Of a stretch of DNA of 32,000 bases, positions 20,968-32,000 are shown one piece after another (position 1 is the first letter of the stretch; each line of letters begins with the position of its first letter). Made by a program: the position numbers and the translations under genes. The stretch is taken from NCBI RefSeq assembly GCF_020885515.1, contig NZ_AP024987.1:630001-662000 (forward strand), given 5' to 3'. The notes under the pieces are model-generated. The model was not told the DNA's origin. It made no database searches and saw only the letters and a program-made list of their open reading frames with translations. Source of the DNA: a cyanobacterium endosymbiont of Braarudosphaera bigelowii. GTDB lineage: Bacteria; Cyanobacteriota; Cyanobacteriia; Cyanobacteriales; Microcystaceae.

Positions 20968-21396
20968 CTAAACTTCATAAGGGACTTTGCCTGAAAATTT
21001 TAAAGTGACAGGTTCAGGATTAGTTCCAATTTTTCTATCTATTTTACCAGCGTAACTACGTCCTTCTTTTGCTACTTCAGAAGCAACTCCATCAATAGGG
21101 TAAAGAAGCTGAGCATCACCATTAGGATAGACTCGATAAACTTTATAACTCTCGATTATAGGCTCAAATTTTGTTTGCAACTGTTTTCCTAGAGCCAAGC
21201 ATTGTTCTTTTGTTGCAAGATGTAAAAGATTTGCTCCTACATTCATAATTGCTGCTCCACCAGTAGGCATTTCAAAAACCTGTTCTGTTCCACTACTCCA
21301 GGTAATAGCGTATTTTTCTTCAAGGTAAGCACTAGAGAGTAAACCACCTGTACTGCCACCGAAAATAGGAAGTTTTCCTTTAAGCTTTTCTACCAT
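20968..21396 (-). CDS. psaD: Photosystem I subunit II PsaD
   Basis: 142 aa; [40 protein letters not shown] ... [10 protein letters not shown] ... [21 protein letters not shown]. Confidence 0.98.
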   Translation of the reverse strand: MVEKLKGKLPIFGGSTGGLLSSAYLEEKYAITWSSGTEQVFEMPTGGAAIMNVGANLLHLATKEQCLALGKQLQTKFEPIIESYKVYRVYPNGDAQLLYPIDGVASEVAKEGRSYAGKIDRKIGTNPEPVTLKFSGKVPYEV

Positions 21397-21768
21397 GGTA
21401 CTTTGTTCCTCTTAAAAAAGTGTTTTAGGAAATACTATCATTGAGTTATCCCTTATTATTCAAATTAGTAAAAAACTGTAATAAATATTCGTTAATTTTT
21501 ATGTAAAGTAAATTTATAGACATTAAATTTGTGACGTAATGATTATGCTATCAAGTTGAGTAGCACGCAATTTCAAGATATGAAATATTGGATTATTTCT
21601 CAATACTATAAATAAATGATTTTGATAGAATATTTTATTAAAGTAGACTAAGGTTGATACTAATTCTAGTAACTCTCAAAAAATCAAATGTTTTTAATTT
21701 ATTTTTAAATTAAAAACATAAAACAAATAAAGTAAATATTTTAGTATTGATCATACATCTTATAGAGA

Positions 21769-21798
21769 ATTAGAGTCTAATCTAATTTGGACTCTAAT
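21769..21798 (-). terminator. Short hairpin downstream of rplY, no strong U-tract
   Basis: ATTAGAGTC (21769-21777) / GACTCTAAT (21790-21798), 16 bp from the rplY stop. Confidence 0.4.
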
Positions 21799-21813
21799 CC
21801 TTTGTTGAGATAA

Positions 21814-22116
21814 TTACTCATTTGGAGAAATATGACAGAAGCTAAGATGTACAAGACTTCTTTTCCAAGGATGAGCTTGTATTTCTTTGATTACAGCTTT
21901 ACCTTTCCAGGAAAGATCAGGAATATCGACATCAATAATCGTTTCGTCAACTTTTACACTTCTAAGCATTAATGCAGCTTCTTTCTTATCAACAACTAAT
22001 TGCATTGATTCAGTACCATCATGTCCATACAAAGTTGTAGGAAGTAGTCCTTCACGACGAAGAGCATTAGGCTTAATATTTAGAGGTCTTTTTTGGCATT
22101 GAATTGATAGAGGCAT
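21814..22116 (-). CDS. rplY: 50S ribosomal protein L25 family
   Basis: 100 aa; NALRREGLLPTTLYGHDGTESMQLVVDKKEAALMLRS and VKVDETIIDVDI ... VIKEIQAHPWKRSLVHLSF. Confidence 0.85.
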   Translation of the reverse strand: MPLSIQCQKRPLNIKPNALRREGLLPTTLYGHDGTESMQLVVDKKEAALMLRSVKVDETIIDVDIPDLSWKGKAVIKEIQAHPWKRSLVHLSFCHISPNE

Positions 22117-22661
22117 AACATTTAACTCACTATATAGTTGACTTGATTTTTATAAACAACGACAGATTCTATCGTCAATAGTAAGAATCTTGAAGTAAAT
22201 ATTCTAAGATTTCTTAATTCTCTTTGTTTTCTTGTGATCTAAGCAAAATTATGTAGATCAAACTAGCAAAATTTAGCTAGATAACATTACTAAAAAGATA
22301 ATGATATACTTAACCATATAATTTATAGATTGGATATATTTTTATATCTTCTCATTCATTAATTATACTTATATTAATAATATCTAAATAGCTTAGTTAA
22401 TCAATTCTGATTAAGCAATAACTAAAATCTATCACAATATTTACAGTGACACTAATATTTATGATGATTTTATACTCTAGTTTTGTAATTTACCTAATAA
22501 TTTTTTACTTTTTTCTATAGTCAATCGAGAAAAATCTCATTATATGCATATCTGTAGTTTTAAAAGAAACTTTTGAAACTAATATTAGGTTTTCCATAAT
22601 AAGTCTTTATATGTTAATCATAAAACCTAAAAGTTATATACTCTATTATGGAATTTCTTTA

Positions 22662-23396
22662 TCAGGCTCTATTTAAGCATAAAGAATTATGGTACGGACA
22701 TTTATCTTTACAGTTTTTATGATGAGTAAAGCTATAACTACTTTGATTAATATCGTATAAGTTATAATTAAGATAACTTACCATTTTTTCTAAATCTAAG
22801 CTAGTTTGCTGGTGTTGACTTTGACTATATTGAAAACTTAAATACTGAGGCTTATATTTATTTTTTATAAACCAATATGTCATTGAAATACTTTCTGGCA
22901 AATAAGTAGATGTTTCTGCTAATAGATATAGGTAGAGTCTAGTTTGCCAATCATTTTCTAATTGTTTCTTGTTATTAGGCTTTAAGTATGTTTTCCAGTC
23001 TAAAATTTGTACTTGATTACTTTCTACGACTAATAAATCATATATAGCCGTTAATAGATAATTATTCTTTTTGAAAGTTATATAATGCTCTGCTTCTGTC
23101 CAGAATTCAGAGTTTAGAATATGTTTCTCAACAATAGACTTAAATAAAATTTTTATCATTTCATTTAAATTTGAGTATTGAGCTAATGCAGAATCAATTG
23201 ATAATCCCATAAAATGTTGCTGCATTAATTGATGAAATTGATTTCCCCAATGTAAACTTTTTTGTGATTCTAGGCTTACGGGAGAATTTAAATGATCTAT
23301 ATAAATTTTTTTAAACTGAGGAGGACAAGTTTCTAGTAAATTTAATTGAGATTGGGATAAACGTATTAATGAATAATCACATTTAGGATAGTACAT
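22662..23396 (-). CDS. PD-(D/E)XK-like nuclease family protein
   Basis: 244 aa; YLIRLSQSQLNLLETCPPQFKKIYID start and TAIYDLLVVESNQVQILDWKTYLKP resemble the RecB-type nuclease core; a terminal Cys cluster (CKDKCPYHNSLC) is present. Confidence 0.72.
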   Translation of the reverse strand: MYYPKCDYSLIRLSQSQLNLLETCPPQFKKIYIDHLNSPVSLESQKSLHWGNQFHQLMQQHFMGLSIDSALAQYSNLNEMIKILFKSIVEKHILNSEFWTEAEHYITFKKNNYLLTAIYDLLVVESNQVQILDWKTYLKPNNKKQLENDWQTRLYLYLLAETSTYLPESISMTYWFIKNKYKPQYLSFQYSQSQHQQTSLDLEKMVSYLNYNLYDINQSSYSFTHHKNCKDKCPYHNSLCLNRA

Positions 23397-23637
23397 TTTC
23401 TAAATATAGACTTGTTATGAATTGTGTATGAGCTTTAAAAACTACTTTTTTGTGACACATATATGACTAATAATCATTAAAATATTAATTTTTACGATAT
23501 CTGTGTAAAGTACTAATAAGAAAGAAGGAACTCCATTTTAATATAATCTGTCTCTCTTCTAAAGATTAAAGAATTTGATAGTGCAACATCATAGCTCTAT
23601 CTTGCCAGTCTTTAGACATAAATTTATAGCTTACACC

Positions 23638-24834
23638 ATGAATATATCTACCTTACCACTGCGATTGACTGCTATCGTAACTATTGCCTTTAGTAACTGT
23701 ATTTTTTCAAGTTTTCTTGCTGAAGCCTATACATTCAGCGAAACTACTCTTGACCAAGACAAAATTATTGCTGTTGCCAGACCTTATGGTGGAGGAAAGT
23801 ATGATTTGTTAGTGATTGAACAAATACCGGGGAAAAGAAGTTGTTGGAAAGAAAAAGAGGGGAACCCAGTCGTGGTTGATCCTTTATTAATTAATTTTGA
23901 TTTTACTGGCATTTGTCGTCGCTCTACAGATAGCAATGGTTATTCGATACGTCTTGATGGTAATGACTTAGGATTAGATTATTTATTGCGTATTGTTAAT
24001 CGTGGCGGGGAATTACAGCTAGTGGGAAGCCCTAGAAATAGTAATTATAGTGAGATAGTTTTAGGTAGCACTCAAGGATTAACTTCTGGGTTTATGAAAA
24101 TCAATTTATATTCAGGTTGGCAATTTACCAAGCGAACTTATAAAGATAAGGTACTAGGACATTTTTATCTTAGTGGTTCTCAAACGGCAATTGCACAAAG
24201 ACAAAGTACTTCTGTATCATCTGATTTTTCGACTGCATCCATAGTTAACACTAATTCTCAACATAATTTAACAGATATTAGCGGTAATAAATATGAAAAT
24301 GAGATTTCTAAGGCAGTTAACATAGGTTTAATGTCGGGATTTAAAGATGATACTTTTCGCCCAGATCAACCTATTAATCGAGGACAATTGCTTTCCATGG
24401 CAGTCAATGTTGTCAATACTATATCCTCTGAAAATTTTAAAAGTTCTCATCAAGATATAAATAAGATAAAGCAAGCCTATTCAAATTTTTTTAATATAGG
24501 AAATACTAACAATGCGTTGCAAGAAAGTAAATCTATTAATCGTGCAGAATTAATTGATGTTATGCAACGTATAGTTATGCATCTAAAGAAAGAATTAAAT
24601 ATTTCGGGAAATATTCAAAGTATTAATCAGCCTATTCCCTTTTCTGATGTTTCTTATAATTCAACTGAATCTACCATTAAACAAATACCAGGGTACTGCA
24701 ATACGACTAATACTTTAAGCAAAAAAGAAGTTGCCTCCAATTTAGAAAGTAAAGCAACTCGCGACTATACAGCATCTATTTTAGTTAAAGTTTTAAATTG
24801 TCTAAAGTCTGAAATAGAACAAGCAAAAAAATAA
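23638..24834 (+). CDS. Secreted DUF3747-like protein with SLH domains
   Basis: Signal peptide (MNISTLPLRLTAIVTIAFSNCIFSSFLAEA), cyanobacterial DQDKIIAVARPYGGGKYDLLVIEQIPGKRSCWKE region, then SLH repeat EISKAVNIGLMSGFKDDTFRPDQPINRGQLLSMAV. Start set at the second Met (23638). Confidence 0.8.
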   Translation: MNISTLPLRLTAIVTIAFSNCIFSSFLAEAYTFSETTLDQDKIIAVARPYGGGKYDLLVIEQIPGKRSCWKEKEGNPVVVDPLLINFDFTGICRRSTDSNGYSIRLDGNDLGLDYLLRIVNRGGELQLVGSPRNSNYSEIVLGSTQGLTSGFMKINLYSGWQFTKRTYKDKVLGHFYLSGSQTAIAQRQSTSVSSDFSTASIVNTNSQHNLTDISGNKYENEISKAVNIGLMSGFKDDTFRPDQPINRGQLLSMAVNVVNTISSENFKSSHQDINKIKQAYSNFFNIGNTNNALQESKSINRAELIDVMQRIVMHLKKELNISGNIQSINQPIPFSDVSYNSTESTIKQIPGYCNTTNTLSKKEVASNLESKATRDYTASILVKVLNCLKSEIEQAKK

Positions 24835-24992
24835 TGCAACCTTGATTTTGTTGGAATTATACGATTATAAGGAACTTAAAACTAAAAAATAAAATTATTA
24901 AATATCTAGCCTTCAAAATAATTGCAAGAATCTTATAACTTTTCTAATTTACGATGATAAGCTATCGTTTTATGGAAATTAGAATTAATTTT

Positions 24993-25037
24993 AAAAAATC
25001 CTCAAAGCCTCGATATTAGAGGGCTTCTGAGGTTTTT
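24993..25037 (+). terminator. Intrinsic terminator
   Basis: AAAAAATCCTCAAAGCCTC ... GAGGGCTTCTGAGGTTTTTT, then TATTTTTTT. Confidence 0.75.
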
Positions 25038-25126
25038 TATTTTTTTAGTCAGTTTTTATAATATGATAGTTTTAAAAATATCACATTAAATGTTACTTTT
25101 TCCTATTAAGATGATATAATGTCTAG

Positions 25127-25205
25127 GTGTGTAAGGAGTAAGAGTGACTTGAAAAGGTCCCCGAAGTCGAAACATGGCAAGACGTTCTGGACCTTTTCTT
25201 TTTTT
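25127..25205 (+). ncRNA. Candidate Yfr2-family small RNA
   Basis: TATAAT at 25115-25120; perfect 10-bp stem GAAAAGGTCC (25151-25160) / GGACCTTTTC (25189-25198) enclosing 28-nt loop CCGAAGTCGAAACATGGCAAGACGTTCT; then a T-rich run. Layout resembles Yfr2; 5' end approximate. Confidence 0.62.
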
Positions 25206-25263
25206 ATATCTTTAACAAAAGCATTTTATAATAAAACTTTTCATATATATTTATACAAGTGTG

Positions 25264-25308
25264 ACCCTTTAAGAATGGAGCTCTTCTTAATTCCTATTCT
25301 CAAAGGGT
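25264..25308. other. Imperfect long hairpin downstream of atpC
   Basis: ACCCTTTAAGAATGGA / TCCTATTCTCAAAGGGT: about 15 bp with one mismatch and one bulge; 34 bp beyond the atpC stop; no U-tract on the minus strand. Confidence 0.6.
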
Positions 25309-25341
25309 TATATATGCATACACAAAGACAGAAAGTCTGAG

Positions 25342-25752
25342 CTAAGATATTCCTCCAGAAGCATTAAAACGTGCTTTTGCACGTTTTAATGCATTGGAAG
25401 CTTTGATCTTTTCCAAATGTTCGTTTCCTTTGTTTACTTCCTCTAATTTAGCTTGAGCAGTATTATACTCTCGTTTTGCTTCTTCTTTATCAATGGTCTC
25501 TCCTACTTCAGCAAAGTTTACTAAGACTTTTACTTCATCTTGTTCTACCTCTGCAAAGCCTCCCATTATTGCTACGTTTTGCCATTCTTTATCAGTCCTA
25601 ATACGCATTACTCCAGTATCAAGAGCAGTTAAGAGAGGCGCATGTCCACTTAAAATGCCTAGCTGTCCTGAAGTACTTGGTAGAACAACTTCTTGAACAG
25701 TGTTGTCCCAAACGGTCTTATCTGGGGTGATTACACGAACTGTTAGTACCAT
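25342..25752 (-). CDS. atpC: F0F1 ATP synthase subunit epsilon
   Basis: 136 aa; [50 protein letters not shown]. Confidence 0.96.
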   Translation of the reverse strand: MVLTVRVITPDKTVWDNTVQEVVLPSTSGQLGILSGHAPLLTALDTGVMRIRTDKEWQNVAIMGGFAEVEQDEVKVLVNFAEVGETIDKEEAKREYNTAQAKLEEVNKGNEHLEKIKASNALKRAKARFNASGGIS

Positions 25753-25844
25753 GTTAATTATTAATTATCAGTTATTAGAAGGGCGAATAAATATTCACCC
25801 TGATACAAATTTAGGAAACAGAAGATTAGAAAATAGTTGACTAA

Positions 25845-27299
<1,455 letters not shown>

Positions 27300-27587
27300 T
27301 CATCCTCTTTTGGAATTAGCTTACAAATGACTAAATGAAAATATTTAATGTTATTTTCGTCACTCCTATAGGCTACCATCTTTATAGCACTCAAGGAAAT
27401 GTCTTAGTTCTTGTTGAAAGACTATCTTAATATTAAAATGTTGGAAATGATACTAATATATTAGAGTAGCAACCTATAAAGTATTAGGTATAGATTATAA
27501 ATATAAAAATATAATGTACAACTTATTTATTTTACAAAAGCTTTTTATAATCACATGTTTGTTGGCAAAGTATAAACTCTACCTAAA

Positions 27588-28088
27588 ATGAAAAACAATT
27601 TTGAAAATAACTATGAAATTCACCGTCAATGGATGAGAAGAGCATTAACCTTAGCTGAAAAAGCAGGAAATATAGAAGATGTTCCTGTAGGAGCCATAAT
27701 TACCGACAATCATGGGAACTTAATTGCCGAAGGATATAACCGTAAAAAACAAAATAATGATCCCATAGGACATGCAGAAATTCTTGCTATTCGCCAGGCC
27801 AGTCAAAAATTACAGTCTTGTTATTTAGATAAATGTATACTTTACGTCACACTAGAGCCTTGTATGATGTGTACTGGAGCTATCATACATTCTCGAATAG
27901 GTTTACTAGTTTATGGAATTGATGATCCTAAGGCAGGAACTGTCCGTACAATTCTGAATTTACCTGATAGCGATGCTTCAAACCATCGTTTACCTGTACT
28001 TTCCGGTATTTTAAAGGAGGAATGTCAAAAGCAATTACAGAACTGGTTTAAAACAGTAAGAGATAAGAAAACAATCAATGGAAAATAA
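27588..28088 (+). CDS. tadA: tRNA adenosine(34) deaminase
   Basis: 166 aa; deaminase zinc motifs HAEILAIRQA and PCMMCTGAIIHSRI; EDVPVGAIITD. Confidence 0.9.
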   Translation: MKNNFENNYEIHRQWMRRALTLAEKAGNIEDVPVGAIITDNHGNLIAEGYNRKKQNNDPIGHAEILAIRQASQKLQSCYLDKCILYVTLEPCMMCTGAIIHSRIGLLVYGIDDPKAGTVRTILNLPDSDASNHRLPVLSGILKEECQKQLQNWFKTVRDKKTINGK

Positions 28089-28190
28089 TGCTAAATTGCT
28101 GCAATCTTTAATAATATAAAAGGCTAAGAACAAGCTATGTGAAAAGACTATGATTATAATAGCCGATATATAAATCCTAACTATTCTATT

Positions 28191-31079
28191 ATGACAAATC
28201 AACAAGATTTGCCTCTTTTAATTTTAATTGATGGTCATTCTTTAGCATTTAGAGCTTATTATGCTTTTTCTAATTCTAGAAAAGGTCTACTCAAAACTTC
28301 TACAGGAATTCCAACTAGTATTTGTTTTGGATTTTTAAACTCATTAATGCAAGTTATCAAATTAGAGAAACCTAAATATATAGGTATTGCATTTGATAGT
28401 AAAGAAAAAACATTTCGCCATAAATTCGATACTGAATATAAGGCAAATCGTCCAGAAACTCCAGAAGATTTTATTATTGATATTAAAAATTTACAAAAAA
28501 TATTAGAAATACTAGATATAGTTACGATTACCATGCCCGGATATGAAGCAGATGATATATTAGGTACACTAGCTGTAGAAGCAAGTAATAGAGGCTATCG
28601 TGTTAAAGTCCTCAGTGGTGATAAGGATCTTTTTCAACTAATTGATGATACAAAAAATATAAGTATTCTTTACTTAGAAGGAAATAGGATTAAATCTTCC
28701 TCGGAAAGAAAATATACAGAAATGACCTCCACAACAGTTATAGAAAGACTAGGGATAACATCGGATCAGGTTATTGACTATAAAGCATTATGTGGCGATA
28801 AATCAGATAATATTCCTGGAGTCAAAGGCATTGGTGAAAAAACAGCAGTTAAGCTCTTAACCCAATATAAAACATTAGAAGGCATCTATCACAATATTGA
28901 ATATATTAAAGGCGCAAACCAAAAGAAACTCAAAGAAGGTAAGAAAGAAGCAGATCGCTCTCGTTATTTAGCCAAAATTATTATTAATTGCCCATTAGTT
29001 TTCGACATAGATGAATTTGAATTAAAAGGTTTTGATCAAAGTGCAGCACAAAATCTTTTTGAAAAATTAGAACTGAAAACATTTAATGAAAATATTAATC
29101 AATTACAGGAAAAATTAGGTGGAAAATTTTCTCAGAAACTATTAAAAAAAACAGACCAGTTAATCAATAAAGATCAAGTACTAAATCATAGTAATAACCC
29201 TAAAAAAAATAGTAAAGAGATATGTATTAGGCCGCAAATTATCAGCAATACACTTCAGTTGGATAAATTAGTTAATATACTTTTGAGTTATCAAAATAAC
29301 AATTGTCCAATTGCTTGGGATATAGAAACAACAGACTTAAATCCCCAAAAGGCTGAATTAATAGGAATTGGATGCTGTTGGGGAGAAGAAGTAAACGATA
29401 TTGCCTATATTCCTATAGGACATAAAGAAGGTAAACAATTAAGTAAAAAAGAAATTTTAGAAAAATTGCGGCCAATTCTTGAAAGCAACATTTATCCTAA
29501 AGTTTTTCAAAATACAAAGTTTGATCGTCTTGTTTTAGAGAATCAAGGTATTAATCTAGATGGAGTTGTTTTCGATACTATGCTAGCTAGCTATGTTATT
29601 AATCCTGATAATAGTCATAAATTAAGTAGTTTATGTAAACAATATTTAAATAATATTGTTTCTAAAGACTATTCAGAATTGGGAATTAATAAAAAACAAA
29701 CTATTGCTGATTTAGATATTCTACAGGTTGCTGATTATTGTGGAATGGATGCTTACAGCACTTTTTTGCTAGTAAAACCATTAAAAGAAAAGCTCAAGAA
29801 ATTTCCATCTTTAGAGCAGTTATTTTCAAAAGTAGAACAATCTTTGGAAATAGTTTTATCAAAAATGGAAAGCCAAGGTATTCTTATTGATATAGATTAT
29901 TTAAAAAATTTATCTAAAGAAATTAAAAGCAATTTGTTTTCTCTTGAAGAGAAAATCTATGAAGAAGCTGAAGAAAAATTTAATTTAGGATCACCTAAGC
30001 AGTTAAGTAAAATTTTATTTGAAAAGTTACAGCTAAGTACTAAAAAATCTAAAAAAATAATAACTGGATATTCAACTGATCATGCTACTTTAGAAAAATT
30101 AAAAGGCGATCATTCAATTATTGATCATCTTTTAGAATACAGGACTTTATCTAAATTACAATCAACTTATATTGATACTTTACCAATACTAGTCGATAGG
30201 AAAACATGTCGAATACATACTAGTTTCAATCAATCTATTACTGCAACGGGAAGATTATCTTCCTCCAATCCAAATTTACAAAATATTCCTATTAGAACTG
30301 AATTATCCCGTAAGATTAGAAAAGCCTTTATTCCTCCTAAAGAATGGTTATTAGTTTCAGCAGACTATTCACAAATTGAATTAAGAATTTTAGCTTATTT
30401 AAGTCAAGAACCTTTACTAGTAAACGCTTATTGCAACTATCAAGATATTCATACTGTTACAGCACAGTTATTATTCGATAAAAAAGAAATTACGACAGAG
30501 GAAAGAAATTTAGGAAAAACTATTAATTTTGGTGTTATTTATGGAATGGGTTCACAAAGGTTTGCAAGAGAAGCAGGCGTAACAATAGCTAAAGGAAAAG
30601 ATTTTATTAAAAAGTATCATGAACGATATACAAAAGTATTTGAGTTCCTTGAAAATGTAAAAATAGAAGCTATCACAAAGGGATACGTCACAACAATATT
30701 AGGAAGAAGACGTTATTTTAACTTTTATAGTGATAGTTTGCGCAATTTATATGGATGTGACTCTAGTAAAATCAATTTAGAGGAACTAAAGTATAGTTAT
30801 AAAGATTCTCAACTATTGAGAGCTGCTGCTAATGCTCCAATACAAGGTTCAAGTGCCGATATTATTAAAGTTGCAATGATTAAAATAGAGAAACTGTTAA
30901 AAAATTATCAAGCTAAATTACTATTACAAGTTCATGATGAGTTAGTATTCGAGATACCTCTCGAAGAACTAGAAGAATTAAAGAATAAGATAAAACAAAT
31001 TATGGAAAAATCTGTGGATTTAACTATTCCCTTGCTGGTAGAAGTAAAATCTGGAGTTAATTGGATGGAGGCTAAATAG
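28191..31079 (+). CDS. polA: DNA polymerase I
   Basis: 962 aa; 5' nuclease domain (LIDGHSLAFRAYYAF, GYEADDILGTLA), 3'-5' exonuclease motif WDIETTDLNP, polymerase motifs DYSQIELRILAYLS, NFGVIYGMG, LLQVHDELVFE. Confidence 0.97.
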   Translation: MTNQQDLPLLILIDGHSLAFRAYYAFSNSRKGLLKTSTGIPTSICFGFLNSLMQVIKLEKPKYIGIAFDSKEKTFRHKFDTEYKANRPETPEDFIIDIKNLQKILEILDIVTITMPGYEADDILGTLAVEASNRGYRVKVLSGDKDLFQLIDDTKNISILYLEGNRIKSSSERKYTEMTSTTVIERLGITSDQVIDYKALCGDKSDNIPGVKGIGEKTAVKLLTQYKTLEGIYHNIEYIKGANQKKLKEGKKEADRSRYLAKIIINCPLVFDIDEFELKGFDQSAAQNLFEKLELKTFNENINQLQEKLGGKFSQKLLKKTDQLINKDQVLNHSNNPKKNSKEICIRPQIISNTLQLDKLVNILLSYQNNNCPIAWDIETTDLNPQKAELIGIGCCWGEEVNDIAYIPIGHKEGKQLSKKEILEKLRPILESNIYPKVFQNTKFDRLVLENQGINLDGVVFDTMLASYVINPDNSHKLSSLCKQYLNNIVSKDYSELGINKKQTIADLDILQVADYCGMDAYSTFLLVKPLKEKLKKFPSLEQLFSKVEQSLEIVLSKMESQGILIDIDYLKNLSKEIKSNLFSLEEKIYEEAEEKFNLGSPKQLSKILFEKLQLSTKKSKKIITGYSTDHATLEKLKGDHSIIDHLLEYRTLSKLQSTYIDTLPILVDRKTCRIHTSFNQSITATGRLSSSNPNLQNIPIRTELSRKIRKAFIPPKEWLLVSADYSQIELRILAYLSQEPLLVNAYCNYQDIHTVTAQLLFDKKEITTEERNLGKTINFGVIYGMGSQRFAREAGVTIAKGKDFIKKYHERYTKVFEFLENVKIEAITKGYVTTILGRRRYFNFYSDSLRNLYGCDSSKINLEELKYSYKDSQLLRAAANAPIQGSSADIIKVAMIKIEKLLKNYQAKLLLQVHDELVFEIPLEELEELKNKIKQIMEKSVDLTIPLLVEVKSGVNWMEAK

Positions 31080-31429
31080 ATTCAACTACTATACTACAAA
31101 ATATAGTTTTACTTAAAATCTTCAATATACAAGATAAGGAATTTAAAACAGAAAGAGGTTTATTAGTTTTTATTAATAGTAAATAACAATGATATTGTTT
31201 ACTTAAGTTATATTAAGCTTTAAAATAAACTTGTAAAATACATTTCTAAAAATTAATAAGTGTACACCATCTAACTTTAACAAAACAGTTTAATCTTAAT
31301 ATATAGTTGTTTAGATTACTAATAATATAAAGTTAGATTGTTAAACAGTTAATTTAAAAAAATTTCTATGTATTTTAAATTTCTTTAACTTTTCACAATA
31401 AAAGAGTTAATCATAGGTAACTATCATAT

Positions 31430-32000
31430 ATGTTAGGACAAGACTGGTTAGTAAAAAATAATGGTAAGTTAATATCGCTTAATTCACCTCGAGATTGGGA
31501 TTTATTAAACCCGTCTTCTCCTTATCGACTATATCAGTTTTTAATAGAGCTAGATAATATAATGAGTGACGTTGATAGAGGAAAGGAAATTGAAGAGAAA
31601 TATCTCTTAAGATTGAGACATTTAACCAGAAAGTTAATAGTTAATACTCCTTGGATTAGCAATAATCTATCCACCTCTAATATATCAGCACTATATGATG
31701 AGCCAGGTTATCCATACACTCTTCAGAGAGAAATTATGCTTCCTGGTAGTAGTACATTTATTCATAATCATGGAACTTGGGCAATTGTAGCAACATTACA
31801 AGGAATGCAAAAAAATATTTTATGGGAACCTTTTCCAGCTCTAGAATATCCCCATAAAATTAGAAAAACTTATGAAAAAGTTTTTCAACCTGGGGATATC
31901 GTAAGTTTTACAAATGATGCCATTCATTCTGTTGAAGCTGTAGGTGAGGAACCAAGTGTTACTTTAAATATTTATGGAGAAACTGATGCATTGAAGAGAT
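31430..32000 (+). CDS. Cupin-domain protein (cysteine-dioxygenase-like fold), truncated by the window edge
   Basis: ATG at 31430 opens a frame with no stop to 32000: MLGQDWLVKNNGKLISLNSPRDWDLL ... IMLPGSSTFIHNHGTWAIVATLQG ... FQPGDIVSFTNDAIHSVEAVG. Not in the supplied ORF track. Confidence 0.7.
   Translation, partial: MLGQDWLVKNNGKLISLNSPRDWDLLNPSSPYRLYQFLIELDNIMSDVDRGKEIEEKYLLRLRHLTRKLIVNTPWISNNLSTSNISALYDEPGYPYTLQREIMLPGSSTFIHNHGTWAIVATLQGMQKNILWEPFPALEYPHKIRKTYEKVFQPGDIVSFTNDAIHSVEAVGEEPSVTLNIYGETDALKR

Noticed and set aside
21814-22116. Short L25 as a possible truncated gene
   Set aside because: About 95-100 aa is normal for single-domain L25 proteins, so length alone is not evidence of decay.
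28259-28534. Minus-strand 91-aa ORF inside polA
   Set aside because: Antisense shadow of the 5' nuclease domain.

Overview
This 32 kb window is AT-rich, gene-sparse cyanobacterial chromosome. It carries photosystem I psaC and psaD, ATP synthase atpC/atpD, a secE-nusG-rplK-rplA-rplJ-rplL cluster, rpoZ, an SLH/OprB-type porin, a DUF3747-like/SLH secreted protein, folC, ccdA and ccs1/resB. Also present are NAD kinase, tadA, polA, cysK, a PLP aminotransferase, two glycosyltransferases, a PD-(D/E)XK-like nuclease and cupins. Long AT-rich spacers and overall gene content suggest a genome-reduced cyanobacterium of the UCYN-A / Candidatus Atelocyanobacterium type; this is inference and was not checked by search. 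I found no CRISPR array, transposase, phage module, defence island or other clearly novel multi-gene system. The most interesting signals are non-coding: (1) a small RNA locus between the DUF3747-like gene and atpC, with a TATAAT box, a perfect 10-bp stem, a 28-nt loop and a T-run, resembling the cyanobacterial Yfr2 family; (2) an L10-type leader before rplJ; (3) tandem long hairpins behind rpoZ; (4) a recurring class of long hairpins without U-tracts at gene 3' ends (cysK, psaD, atpC, rplY); (5) a 76-bp convergent coding overlap between two glycosyltransferase genes.
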